DNA of 64,000 nucleotides from a virus. Each line of letters opens with the position of its first letter. Position 1 is the stretch's first letter. Both the position numbers and the translations under genes were made by a program. Where the stretch lies: the IMG/VR virus record IMGVR_UViG_3300034374_004935, positions 19,639 to 83,638 of that record; one strand, 5' to 3'. The notes under the pieces are model-generated. The model saw only the letters and a list, made by a program, of their open reading frames with translations. It made no database searches and was not told the DNA's origin. Shown in pieces: positions 7,344 to 16,668 of the stretch.

Positions 7344-7559
7344 ATGGCAAGATATGAATATAAGTGTTCAGAATGTGAAGAAATAGAAGTGTTCGATGAA
7401 CATCCTAAAGCTCTTACAGAATGTATAGAGTGTAATGGAGAATTAAGATTACTATCTGTAGATAGTAGTTATCAATGGGAGTGCTCCGAATGTGGAGCTC
7501 CCGTTGATAAGATGAACGAAGTATGTAGTAATAACTGTTTTAAAGCAATGATGAGATGA
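7344..7559 (+). CDS. FmdB-like double zinc-ribbon protein
   Basis: 'YEYKCSEC...CIEC...CSEC...CSNNC'. Confidence 0.7.
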   Translation: MARYEYKCSECEEIEVFDEHPKALTECIECNGELRLLSVDSSYQWECSECGAPVDKMNEVCSNNCFKAMMR

Positions 7560-7807
7560 AAATAACAGATTTAAAAGTAGAAAAAATAGTAATACAAGCT
7601 CACATAAATACTTTAGTGAGCTATTACGAAAAAAGATTACCTGAAATAGAACAGGAATATGAAAAAGCAACAAAAGAAGGAGCATCAATAGCTGCTTCTA
7701 TAGGTAGTTTAGCAGGTTCTTATAAAGCTTGTAGTGAAGCTATGTTAATAGAATTAAAAGAAATTAAACAAAGATTAGAAAAACTAAATAAAGATGAAGT
7801 CGGATAA
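7556..7807 (+). CDS. hypothetical helical protein
   Basis: ATGA overlap; 83 aa. Confidence 0.7.
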   Translation: MKITDLKVEKIVIQAHINTLVSYYEKRLPEIEQEYEKATKEGASIAASIGSLAGSYKACSEAMLIELKEIKQRLEKLNKDEVG

Positions 7808-8243
7808 TTATAAATTAGAAGATATTATTAAAGAATTTCAAAAAATAAATACTTCTTCACGTTTACGTGAATTAGTAGATAAAAGATCTTACTTAATAGC
7901 ATTAATGTATTTTAAATTCGGATTAAAAGAAGAAAAAATAGCTAGTAAAGTAAATATTAGTCGTGCTAAAGTACAATATAATAAGCATTTACCTGCAAAA
8001 TATAAAGGTCAGCCTGATTATATGTATAATATAGAAAGTCTTGCATTAAAATATCCTTTTGAATTTCCTCCTTATAAAGTAAAAAAGAAGAAAAGAAATG
8101 GAGATTTTGTTAAAGTAAGATTTACTAATGATCAAAGAAATAAATTAGTAGAAATTCGTAAAGAATTAGAACATACTGATGTAGCTATAACAATCAGATA
8201 TTTAATAAGAAAAGCATTAAAAGATAAGATATGGGAAAAATGA
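7794..8243 (+). CDS. DNA-binding protein: DnaA-C-like HTH plus C-terminal ribbon-helix-helix
   Basis: 'SRLRELVDKRSYLIALM...KIASKVNISRAKVQY' and 'VKVRFTNDQRNKL...AITIRYLIRKAL'. Confidence 0.55.
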   Translation: MKSDNYKLEDIIKEFQKINTSSRLRELVDKRSYLIALMYFKFGLKEEKIASKVNISRAKVQYNKHLPAKYKGQPDYMYNIESLALKYPFEFPPYKVKKKKRNGDFVKVRFTNDQRNKLVEIRKELEHTDVAITIRYLIRKALKDKIWEK

Positions 8244-8473
8244 AAGATTTGCATATAGATATATGTAACGCAAATAATGGGGAAATACCTAAAAATTTAA
8301 CTTTAGATGATGCTGTATTAATGCGTAAATGGAATATATATAACTGGGAAGATTTTCAAGAAAAATGTAAAGAATATTCTTGTATGGGAGATTTTGTTAT
8401 AGAACAATATTTTGAAAAGTTTGATGTATATGAAGATTTGAGATCTTCAAAAGATGAGTTAGATAAATTTTAA
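8231..8473 (+). CDS. hypothetical protein
   Basis: 80-aa ORF starting MGKMKDL. Confidence 0.7.
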   Translation: MGKMKDLHIDICNANNGEIPKNLTLDDAVLMRKWNIYNWEDFQEKCKEYSCMGDFVIEQYFEKFDVYEDLRSSKDELDKF

Positions 8474-8603
8474 ACCAAAACGAAGATGAGTAAAGAAGAA
8501 TTAATAGAGTGGATTTATAATCTACCACTACAAACTTTAACTGATGAGTTAAAAGATGATATTGTAGAAAAGATTGATGATTTAAACCAAAACAAAGATG
8601 AGT
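8469..8603 (+). repeat. 23-bp gene-junction direct repeat TTTAAACCAAAAC(G/A)AAGATGAGT (8469-8491, 8581-8603)
   Basis: Two copies with one mismatch; each contains the ATG of the next gene. Confidence 0.85.
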
Positions 8604-8605
8604 GA
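8486..8605 (+). CDS. 39-aa protein between the junction repeats (MSKEELIEWIYNLP...LNQNKDE)
   Basis: Translated by hand; begins in repeat 1 and ends in repeat 2. Confidence 0.65.
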   Translation: MSKEELIEWIYNLPLQTLTDELKDDIVEKIDDLNQNKDE

Positions 8606-8789
8606 AGCGTATGAAAACTCCTATAAGTTATTGATGGGAGAAACAACGTATGATGAATTAGGTAGAGATGGGCCGTTCTTGTTACCAAAGAACCATGAAG
8701 ATCCTTTAGTTACACTGGAGTATTTTATAGATATAGAAGACTATGAAAAGTGTAGTAATATCAGAAATAAAATAAAAGAGAATGAATAA
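8598..8789 (+). CDS. small protein with UVR (UvrB/UvrC-type) motif
   Basis: 'LEYFIDIEDYEKCSNIRNKI' matches the ExYExAAxIRD-type motif. Confidence 0.6.
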   Translation: MSEAYENSYKLLMGETTYDELGRDGPFLLPKNHEDPLVTLEYFIDIEDYEKCSNIRNKIKENE

Positions 8790-9030
8790 ATTATTATTAG
8801 TAGCACTCTTATTAGTAGGGTGTGGAGAGAAAGGAAGATTAGAGCAGCATGAAAAAGATTGGTCAAATGCAAAACCTCTCAAGGTAGAAAGGTACATAGA
8901 TGAATCAAATTACCATGAAGCAAAAGTAAGTACGTTTATAATAGATGACCATAAGATTATTGTATATCATAGTAGTTATGGTGGTAGATTAGTAGCAATA
9001 CCCTTAAATAAAACAGAAATAAAAGAATAA
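8782..9030 (+). CDS. lipoprotein
   Basis: MNKLLLVALLLVG-C lipobox. Confidence 0.75.
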   Translation: MNKLLLVALLLVGCGEKGRLEQHEKDWSNAKPLKVERYIDESNYHEAKVSTFIIDDHKIIVYHSSYGGRLVAIPLNKTEIKE

Positions 9031-9033
9031 ATT

Positions 9034-9165
9034 ATGAAAAGAAGAATTAAACATGAACTCCACTGGAATTGGAGAAGAATTAAACTTTATGGAATATTTG
9101 CATGGGTTTTTTATGGATTAATGATTTTACGTTTAGTAGAAATAATTTTTAAGTTAGGCTTATGA
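9034..9165 (+). CDS. 43-aa single-TM protein (MKRRIKHELHWNW...)
   Basis: Translated by hand; ATGA overlap with the ORF at 9162. Confidence 0.6.
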   Translation: MKRRIKHELHWNWRRIKLYGIFAWVFYGLMILRLVEIIFKLGL

Positions 9166-9365
9166 GTGAAGATTTAAATAAACACAGACAGGTAAAAAGT
9201 GTAGATAGTAATCAACATGATTATGATCGTATAAAAGAAACTATAATGGAAAATAAGTTTACTCTCTGTCATTTAGGAGAATCAGTAATGGAATTACATG
9301 AAAAATATCCTAATGATACAGAGTTTGGTAAACAAGTTAGACAATTAATACTTTTAAAAAAATGA
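9162..9365 (+). CDS. hypothetical protein (YPNDxEFGxxVR motif)
   Basis: 67-aa ORF with overlaps on both sides. Confidence 0.7.
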   Translation: MSEDLNKHRQVKSVDSNQHDYDRIKETIMENKFTLCHLGESVMELHEKYPNDTEFGKQVRQLILLKK

Positions 9366-9607
9366 GTAGACACGTAATAGAAAAAAGCGATCAAGTTATA
9401 GCATATGGCTTTGATCATGCAGAAGGGTATTTCTTTCAATTAATGGATATAGACCCGAAAACAAATGAAGTAGAAGAATATGTTATTGATGAATCCAGTT
9501 TATTAACCAAAATGAGCAATGGAAAGATGCTTGAGCTTATGACTAAGTATAACTTGCCCAAATCTCATATACAAGCTGTAGCAATGGATTTACCAATTGA
9601 ACAATAA
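9362..9607 (+). CDS. hypothetical protein
   Basis: 81-aa ORF, 'AYGFDHAEGYFFQ'. Confidence 0.75.
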   Translation: MSRHVIEKSDQVIAYGFDHAEGYFFQLMDIDPKTNEVEEYVIDESSLLTKMSNGKMLELMTKYNLPKSHIQAVAMDLPIEQ

Positions 9608-9618
9608 ACCTTAAAATT

Positions 9619-9801
9619 ATGATAACATTATTAATAATATCGTGGCTATATATAGGAATATATGGCTATATTTACTGGATAAGTAAGCGTAATAGATACT
9701 ACCATAAAAGATGGAGAACAAGAGAAGTAAATGCTATCCCAATGATGGCAATATTCGGGCCTCTATGCTTTGCAGTAGGCTATATTTTATATAATGAATA
9801 G
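9619..9801 (+). CDS. small two-TM membrane protein
   Basis: Two hydrophobic segments. Confidence 0.65.
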   Translation: MITLLIISWLYIGIYGYIYWISKRNRYYHKRWRTREVNAIPMMAIFGPLCFAVGYILYNE

Positions 9802-9838
9802 ACAATTTATTGTCTGATTTAAGTTAACCTTATAATTT

Positions 9839-11848
9839 ATGATATATTTAGTAAGCAATCAGCAGAGTATGTTTAACTCTGCTGGTTATTCTATGTCTTC
9901 TATAGAGGAGTCACTAGAATATTTAGAAACATTAGACATAATCGGTTTTGACACCGAGACTATGGGTATGGATCCTTATACCTGTGAGCTGTTATCTATG
10001 CAGCTAGGCGATAATGACAAACAATATGTAATCGATTGTACTACTATTGACCCTAAAGAATATAAGGATATTCTTGAGAAGAAAGAACTAATAATGCATA
10101 ATGCTAAGTTTGACTTAAGATTTTTGTATTATCATGGAATAGTTCCGAAGAAAGTATATGATAGTTTTCTTGTAGAAAGAATATTATTTACTGGTATAGA
10201 TACAGTAAGAAAATCTCTTGATGCAGTGACTTATAAATACTGTAAAATAGAGCTTGATAAAACTGTACGAGGTTATATACACAAAGAAGGACTGAGCTCT
10301 AGAGTAATAAAATATGCAGCTGACGACGTAAAATATCTCCACGAGATAAGACGAAAGCAAATAGTAGCCCTAGAAGAGAAAGGGCTAAAAAGAACAGCAA
10401 GTTTAGACAATGAGTTTGTGAAAGTACTAGCTTATATAGAATTCTGTGGCTTTTATATGAATCCTGAAGATTGGCAAAACAAGTGTAATCAAGATTATAG
10501 CGATCTTATGGAAATAACAAGAAAGCTTAATCTATTTATACTAGAGAATCCTGAGACATATAGTGGCTTTATAGACTCACAGCTTGATTTATTTCAAGAC
10601 GGTGTTAAGTGTAATATAAACTGGTCTTCGTCTCAACAAGTTATACCTTTTATGCAATCTCTTGGTGTAGATACTAAGATTAAAGATAAAAAGTCAGGCT
10701 TGATGAAAGATTCTGTAGATAAGAAAGTTCTTGTTAAGCAAAAAGATAAACATCCTATTATTAGTACTTATTTAGAATACACTGAAAAACATAAAGTTGT
10801 AAGTACATATGGTGAAAATTGGTTTAATTATATAAATCCTATAACAGGAAGAATACATTCTAATTTTACACAAATAATGAATACGGGTCGTTTATCTTCT
10901 GGTCAAAAAGCTAATAAAAAATACAATCTTCCTCAAATGCCTAATATGCAAAATATACCTTCTGATACAAGAACAAGAAGTTGTTTTCAATCAGAGAAAG
11001 GTAATACATTAATAGTTAGTGACTATAGTGGTCAAGAGCAAATAGTATTAGCTAATAAATCTAAAGATACGGACTTATTAAATTTCTATGCTCAAGGCTT
11101 AGGTGATATGCATTCATTTGTAGCATCTAAGATATTTCCTGAGCTAGCTGATTTAGCTCTTAATGATATTAAAAGTGATCATAAAGAGAAAAGACAGATA
11201 GCAAAAGGTGCAGGCTTTGCAATTAACTATGGTGGTACAGGTATAACTATATCTCAAAATCTTAACATCTCTATGACTAGAGGCGAAGAAGTATATAAAG
11301 CATATTTTAAAGCTTTTCCTGGTCTTGCTAATTATTTTAAGCAAGAAAAGACTAAAGCATTAAAATCAGGTTATATACAATTTAATGAGGTAAGTGGTCG
11401 TAAGTGCTATATACCATTCTTTGAAGACTTTCAAAGATTAACTGCTGAGATAGAAGAAGATCCAGAGTTCTGGTCGGATTATAGAGACCATAAAGCAAGA
11501 AACACTGAGAAATTTAAAGAATATTATAAACCAAAAGTACGTCAATATTTTATTAAGAAAGGTGATATAGAAAGAATGTCACTTAATTATCCTATTCAAG
11601 GTTCATCTGCAGATATCACTAAACTAGCAGGTATATATTTCTTTAGGTATCTAGAAGAAAATGATTTAGTATTTAAAGTTAAAATGCCTAATGTAGTTCA
11701 TGACGAGTGGGTTGTAGAATGCAGTGAGGATATCAAGAATGAGATAAGTAAAGTACTTCAAGTATGTATGGAAAAAGCAGGTGATGTTTTCTGTAAAACA
11801 GTAAAACTAAAAGCTGAACCTGAAATAACAAAATATTGGCAACATTAA
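9839..11848 (+). CDS. polA: DNA polymerase family A with 3'-5' exonuclease (no 5'-3' exonuclease)
   Basis: ExoI 'FDTET', 'HNAKFD', 'TGRLSS', motif A 'SDYSGQE', motif B 'RQIAKGAGFAINYG', motif C 'VHDE'. Confidence 0.96.
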   Translation: MIYLVSNQQSMFNSAGYSMSSIEESLEYLETLDIIGFDTETMGMDPYTCELLSMQLGDNDKQYVIDCTTIDPKEYKDILEKKELIMHNAKFDLRFLYYHGIVPKKVYDSFLVERILFTGIDTVRKSLDAVTYKYCKIELDKTVRGYIHKEGLSSRVIKYAADDVKYLHEIRRKQIVALEEKGLKRTASLDNEFVKVLAYIEFCGFYMNPEDWQNKCNQDYSDLMEITRKLNLFILENPETYSGFIDSQLDLFQDGVKCNINWSSSQQVIPFMQSLGVDTKIKDKKSGLMKDSVDKKVLVKQKDKHPIISTYLEYTEKHKVVSTYGENWFNYINPITGRIHSNFTQIMNTGRLSSGQKANKKYNLPQMPNMQNIPSDTRTRSCFQSEKGNTLIVSDYSGQEQIVLANKSKDTDLLNFYAQGLGDMHSFVASKIFPELADLALNDIKSDHKEKRQIAKGAGFAINYGGTGITISQNLNISMTRGEEVYKAYFKAFPGLANYFKQEKTKALKSGYIQFNEVSGRKCYIPFFEDFQRLTAEIEEDPEFWSDYRDHKARNTEKFKEYYKPKVRQYFIKKGDIERMSLNYPIQGSSADITKLAGIYFFRYLEENDLVFKVKMPNVVHDEWVVECSEDIKNEISKVLQVCMEKAGDVFCKTVKLKAEPEITKYWQH

Positions 11849-12004
11849 TAATACCCAATGTCACTAATGTACATAGTTCTGGATTAGGTTGGCGAAAGCT
11901 AGAAAATGTTGGTGAAAATATCCGTAAAAATAATCGATCCTAGTACCTCAAATATCTGAAATATAGTTGGCGGGGCATAAAGTTAAGACATTGGGATATT
12001 ATTA
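11846..12004 (+). ncRNA. candidate structured RNA closed by a 17-bp stem
   Basis: TAATAATACCCAATGTC / GACATTGGG-A-TATTATTA; internal TGGC-GAAA-GCTA GNRA hairpin. Confidence 0.5.
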
Positions 12005-12022
12005 AAAATTAAAAACAATTAA

Positions 12023-13273
12023 ATGACAAGAACAGAAAGACAAATAGAAGTACTAAAAAAATGGCGAGCGAATAACTTTAGAGGTATATTCCAAGCTGCT
12101 ACAGGCTTCGGTAAAACCTATACTGCTATTATGGCTATTAAAGGTATGGTAGATAGAGCAGGTATAGAATCCTGTCTAGTTGTTGTGCCTACTATTACAT
12201 TAAAAGCACAATGGGAAGCAGAACTAGCTAAAAATAAAGTAAAGTTTGCCGATGTGTTAGTAATTAATACTGCTATAAAGCAACCTCGTAACTATGACAT
12301 GTTAGTTTTAGACGAATGTCATAGATATGCTGCTGATAGTTTCAAAAGAATATTTGAAGTAGCAGATTGTGAGTATGTATTAGGTCTAACAGCAACTTTA
12401 GAACGTGAAGACGGACTTCATGATATTATTCTAGATTATCTAGAAGTAATTGATGAAGTTACTGTAGATGATTGCTTAGAAGCAGGATGGATAGCACCGT
12501 ATACTGTGTACAATGTAGCTGTGCCTTTGCCTAAAGATGAGCAAGAATCATATGATAAAGCTAATAATACTTTTAAGCATTTTGCTGCAGTTTTAGGATT
12601 TGGTGGAGATGCATTTAGAAAAGCACAACAGCATCTTAAAAGCGGTACTAGTGAACAGAAAGGTAAAGCGGCTCAATATTATGCATCTATGAGAAAGCGT
12701 AAGACTATATGTTTAAATAATAGCAATAAAGCGCAAGCTACTCATGATATTATCCAAGCTGTAGGTAAACGTAACGGCCTTATATTTAGTGGCACTGTGG
12801 AATTTGCAGAATTGTTGCAAGAAAAGCTTGGTGATATATGTATGAGCTTTCACAGCAAAATAACCAAGAAACAACAGAAAGACATAGTAGCAAGGTTCAA
12901 AGACAAACGCACCAAGGTGCGATATATCAGCAGTGTACAAGCACTAAACGAGGGTTTCAACGTTCCTGATTGTTCGCTAGCAATTATAGCTGGTTCTAAT
13001 TCTACTAAACGTACTTTTATACAGCAATTAGGTAGAGTTGTCCGTATGCAACCTGATAAAGAAGCAATCATTGTAAACCTTTATTCTCCTGGGACTCAAG
13101 AAGAAGTTTGGATGAAAAAAAGGTTAGGTGATATAGATAAAAATAAGGTAATTATTTGTAACTTAGAAGACTTTTTAAATCAGTTAAATTATGGAAATAT
13201 CGATGAATCTGGAGTTGCTCCAGCGGTCATCCCTGACTCCGAATCAGCTAGTTCTACTACAACTTCTGTATAA
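12023..13273 (+). CDS. superfamily 2 (DExH, UvsW/XPB-like) helicase
   Basis: 'ATGFGKT', 'DECH', 'LTAT', 'EGFNVP', 'QQLGRVVR'. Confidence 0.93.
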   Translation: MTRTERQIEVLKKWRANNFRGIFQAATGFGKTYTAIMAIKGMVDRAGIESCLVVVPTITLKAQWEAELAKNKVKFADVLVINTAIKQPRNYDMLVLDECHRYAADSFKRIFEVADCEYVLGLTATLEREDGLHDIILDYLEVIDEVTVDDCLEAGWIAPYTVYNVAVPLPKDEQESYDKANNTFKHFAAVLGFGGDAFRKAQQHLKSGTSEQKGKAAQYYASMRKRKTICLNNSNKAQATHDIIQAVGKRNGLIFSGTVEFAELLQEKLGDICMSFHSKITKKQQKDIVARFKDKRTKVRYISSVQALNEGFNVPDCSLAIIAGSNSTKRTFIQQLGRVVRMQPDKEAIIVNLYSPGTQEEVWMKKRLGDIDKNKVIICNLEDFLNQLNYGNIDESGVAPAVIPDSESASSTTTSV

Positions 13274-13751
13274 TAAAGACTATACTAATATTGAGAAAAT
13301 TTTCGGTAAAGATCAAGCAATTGATATAAGAGAATCCTTAAAAGATACCCCATATATATTATCCCAAGGGGGTTTATTTATGGATACGATTATTTCTACA
13401 GACAAGATTGAAAAATTGTTTGGAATACGTGGAGATCAAATTAACTTTTGGGAATTTTATCAATGTTATCCTGTAAGAGTAGGAACCAGAGTGTTACGTG
13501 CCTCTGGTTCCATTGCTCAAGTTGCTAAGAAACATGAAAAGAAATATCTTGCTAGAGTCAAAAGAATTGCTCAACATGAATTAGCAATTAAAGCAACTGA
13601 AGCTTTTATAGCTCAACAAAAAAGAGCTAATAAACTTCAATACTTGCCTAACATGGAAACTGTTCTTAACAATTCTATGTGGGAACAATGGGAAGTCTTT
13701 ATACAACCTGAAGGAGTGGAAGAACAAGATTGGAATTCGGATCAAATTTAA
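13191..13751 (+). CDS. hypothetical replication-module protein (possible initiator or helicase loader)
   Basis: Lies between two helicases; 'FWEFYQCYP' resembles DnaD/replisome-organizer C-terminal motifs. Confidence 0.55.
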   Translation: MEISMNLELLQRSSLTPNQLVLLQLLYNKDYTNIEKIFGKDQAIDIRESLKDTPYILSQGGLFMDTIISTDKIEKLFGIRGDQINFWEFYQCYPVRVGTRVLRASGSIAQVAKKHEKKYLARVKRIAQHELAIKATEAFIAQQKRANKLQYLPNMETVLNNSMWEQWEVFIQPEGVEEQDWNSDQI

Positions 13752-13758
13752 ATATTAT

Positions 13759-14832
13759 ATGACAGCAAAAATTAAGTATTGGGATAAACTAAAAGAATCA
13801 ATAGAACGTGGTAAGAGAGGATTAAATACAGGTATACCTTTTCAAGGGTTTACAACCTTAAGTAATCATATAAAAAATATACAGCCAGGTAGATACGATT
13901 TAGTTTTCGCAGGTACAAGTGTCGGTAAAACGTCATTTGTAAATTCAACTTATGTTTATGGCGCTATAGATTTTTTGCAATCAAACCCTGGGTACATCCA
14001 TGACATAGAGATTATATATTATTCTCTAGAGATACCTCCGCCTCATCAGATAGCAAAACATATTGCTAATCTTATGTGGCGTGAACACGGAGTATTGACT
14101 AATTTAAATGAAATACTAAGTTTAGGTGGAGAAACACTACGTCCTGAAGTAGCAGAGCTAATACCACAATACGAAGATAGAATGAGACAAATACAAGATA
14201 AGTATTTGCACTATCGTAGTACACTTAGTCCAGAGTTTTTGTATAAAGATCTTATGGATTATGCAGAAAAACGTGGTAAAGTTATTAGAGATAACAATAA
14301 GCTTATTGTAGGCTATGAACCTAATAATCCTGGTTTAATTACTCTTGTAGTAATAGATCATATAGGTTTAATAAACTACAATAATTATAGCTCTCTAAAA
14401 GAAGCTATCGACAAAGCATCTAGAACTCTAGTGTTCTTTAGAAATATGTTCAACTTTAGTCCTGTGGTTATATCACAGATTAATCGTTCATCAGAAGCTA
14501 TGGACCGTAGAGAAAGAGATAATTGGATGCCTATGTTAAGTGACATCAAAAACACTGGTAATGTCTCAGAGGATGCTAATACTGTAATAGGTTTAGCAAG
14601 TCCGTTTTATTATGGTGTAGATAAGTGTCTCGGATTTGACATAACAAAATACAAAAATCGTTATAGACTAGCTAAGATTTGTAAGAACCGTGACGGTGAT
14701 GTAAATCTACTAGCAAGCTTCCTATTTGTAGGCGAGATAGGTGCTTATTATCAATTACCAAAAGCTAATGAAGTTTATGGTAAGCCTGAAGAACTTAAGA
14801 AAGTTCACGATTATTATTCTAAATTAAATTAA
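13759..14832 (+). CDS. DnaB-like replicative helicase
   Basis: 'AGTSVGKT', 'YSLE', 'VIDHIGL', 'ISQINR', 'SEDAN', 'KNRDG'. Confidence 0.92.
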   Translation: MTAKIKYWDKLKESIERGKRGLNTGIPFQGFTTLSNHIKNIQPGRYDLVFAGTSVGKTSFVNSTYVYGAIDFLQSNPGYIHDIEIIYYSLEIPPPHQIAKHIANLMWREHGVLTNLNEILSLGGETLRPEVAELIPQYEDRMRQIQDKYLHYRSTLSPEFLYKDLMDYAEKRGKVIRDNNKLIVGYEPNNPGLITLVVIDHIGLINYNNYSSLKEAIDKASRTLVFFRNMFNFSPVVISQINRSSEAMDRRERDNWMPMLSDIKNTGNVSEDANTVIGLASPFYYGVDKCLGFDITKYKNRYRLAKICKNRDGDVNLLASFLFVGEIGAYYQLPKANEVYGKPEELKKVHDYYSKLN

Positions 14833-14838
14833 TCAATT

Positions 14839-15294
14839 ATGCCAATTGTAAAAAAAGAAAAAGGAAGCATTAGTAAAGCTTTCGAAGAAGGTAAAATACT
14901 TCTATTAGTTAACAATATTAATTGTTCAAAAGAACCAGCTGAAGAAGAAAGGCCTGAGTTATCTAAAAAGTTGTATGAAAAGTTTGAAATTATAGAAGAA
15001 GTGCATAAAGCATTTCCTCTACCAGCTTTATATAAACTAGGAGATTATTCTGTTGCTAATATAGCACAGTCGGCTAGTGTATTAAACTTTTATACATCTT
15101 TAAAAAATAATGAATTTGAGTATTCTGCTTTAAAGTCTTGTCTTAAAAAATTATCTATGGAAGGCTTAAGCAATGGTCACTATATAGAGCTTGCTTTTTG
15201 TAAGAAAAATATAGGAGATGCTGAATGGAAAACAGTAGAGCAAATTCTACATTTTCAAGAGCAGTTATTAGTAACTGTGTATGATAAAATTTAA
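14839..15294 (+). CDS. degenerate macrodomain (TARG1/DarG-like) protein
   Basis: 'LVNNINC', 'KLGD', 'VLNFYT', 'YSALKSCLKKL', 'WKTVEQIL', 'VTVY' fit this fold, but the Gly-rich loops are missing. Confidence 0.6.
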   Translation: MPIVKKEKGSISKAFEEGKILLLVNNINCSKEPAEEERPELSKKLYEKFEIIEEVHKAFPLPALYKLGDYSVANIAQSASVLNFYTSLKNNEFEYSALKSCLKKLSMEGLSNGHYIELAFCKKNIGDAEWKTVEQILHFQEQLLVTVYDKI

Positions 15295-15426
15295 TCTAAT
15301 ATTAACCCTTTAAAAACAGAAAAACGTATGAAATAAATTAAGCAATTTTAACTCTCTATCCCTTGTAAATACAGGGAAAAATGACTATATTTACATAGTA
15401 GTAATTAATCAAAAAACAATAACTTT

Positions 15427-16101
15427 ATGGCACAATTAGTGTTCCTGGTTGGTAAATCAGGTATGGGTAAATCTACCTCATTACGTAAGCTAAATCCCGA
15501 AGAAACTGTAATAATTAACACCGATCAAAAGGCGTTACCTTTTAAACAGTTTAGCAAAAATTATAATGAGGAAAAGCGTAATTATCGCAAAACGTCTGAC
15601 ATTAGTATAGTATTAGCTACTTTGAAAAAAGTAAACGAACTAAAAAATGTTAAGACGGTAGTTATCGACACTTGGTCTCGTATTATGACTGATACAGTTA
15701 TGAGTCAAAAATTTAGATCCGAGAAAGGTTTCGATAAATGGTCAAAAATGGCTGCTAACCAATATGACCTAATCAATTTTATTAATGACTCTATGCGTGA
15801 TGATATCATAGTATATCTTATGGCGCATCCTGAAACACATTATGATGAATCAGGTTTTGCATCTGAACGTATTGGAGTTCAAGGTAAAATGTTAGAAAGA
15901 TTTGTTCCTGAGTCTTTTAGCACTATAGTTCTGTACACAGAGATTATTAAATCTCCTGGCAAGCCTAACAGGCATATATTTAGAACTGTATCATCAGGTT
16001 CCGACACTTGTAAAACACCTCTCGAAATGTTTGAAAACGATGAGATCGACAACGATCTCACTGTCGTTAACAATGCAATAAGAGAGTATTATTCAATTTA
16101 A
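15427..16101 (+). CDS. Sak4-like / AAA_24 P-loop ATPase (ssDNA annealing)
   Basis: 'GKSGMGKST', 'VVIDT', 'MAH', 'CKTP'. Confidence 0.85.
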   Translation: MAQLVFLVGKSGMGKSTSLRKLNPEETVIINTDQKALPFKQFSKNYNEEKRNYRKTSDISIVLATLKKVNELKNVKTVVIDTWSRIMTDTVMSQKFRSEKGFDKWSKMAANQYDLINFINDSMRDDIIVYLMAHPETHYDESGFASERIGVQGKMLERFVPESFSTIVLYTEIIKSPGKPNRHIFRTVSSGSDTCKTPLEMFENDEIDNDLTVVNNAIREYYSI

Positions 16102-16124
16102 TTTTTAATTTATAAACAACAGAA

Positions 16125-16649
16125 ATGGAAAATTTCGTATGGGATGCTGTGCCCTCACAAAGACAGCGAAAAGTAGAAAAGTATGATTATCCTGTAATGA
16201 CTATGGCAGCATTGTCAAAGCCTGGTGCAGGTAGAAAGTTTAGCTTTAATAAAGCTGCACAAGAATTACTAAATATTCAAGGAGAAGATAGAATTTCTTT
16301 TGGCTTTAATGCTGATAGAACTATTGTAGCTGTTCGTAAAGCAGACGGAGATGCAGGTTTTAAATTAACTAAAACTTGTACTCTTAGTGATAAGAAAACT
16401 TTTGAATTTATTTCTAAAATATTAAAATTATCTAATAATGTAGAAAATGAATTTAAAATTGTTTCTGATATTCCTGGCCTTAATACTTTAGTATTAATAA
16501 AAGAAGAAGCTTCTATAGAAAATTATCAAGAAAACAATTCTTCTACTGAAGAAATTTTAGATGATTCTACAGGTAATGTAAATTATCCAACTGTAGAAGA
16601 AGGATTAGAATTAACTCCTTCTGAAGATGTAAGTAATAATCAATGGTAA
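16125..16649 (+). CDS. hypothetical protein with acidic tail
   Basis: 174-aa ORF ending in an acidic tail and Trp. Confidence 0.8.
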   Translation: MENFVWDAVPSQRQRKVEKYDYPVMTMAALSKPGAGRKFSFNKAAQELLNIQGEDRISFGFNADRTIVAVRKADGDAGFKLTKTCTLSDKKTFEFISKILKLSNNVENEFKIVSDIPGLNTLVLIKEEASIENYQENNSSTEEILDDSTGNVNYPTVEEGLELTPSEDVSNNQW

Positions 16650-16668
16650 TAATTTTTAAAAACAATTT

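Noticed and set aside
13191-13273. 83-nt overlap between the SF2 helicase and the next gene as a programmed frameshift
   Set aside because: The downstream ORF has its own A-rich leader and ATG, and the overlapped helicase tail is low-complexity; an ordinary overlap explains it
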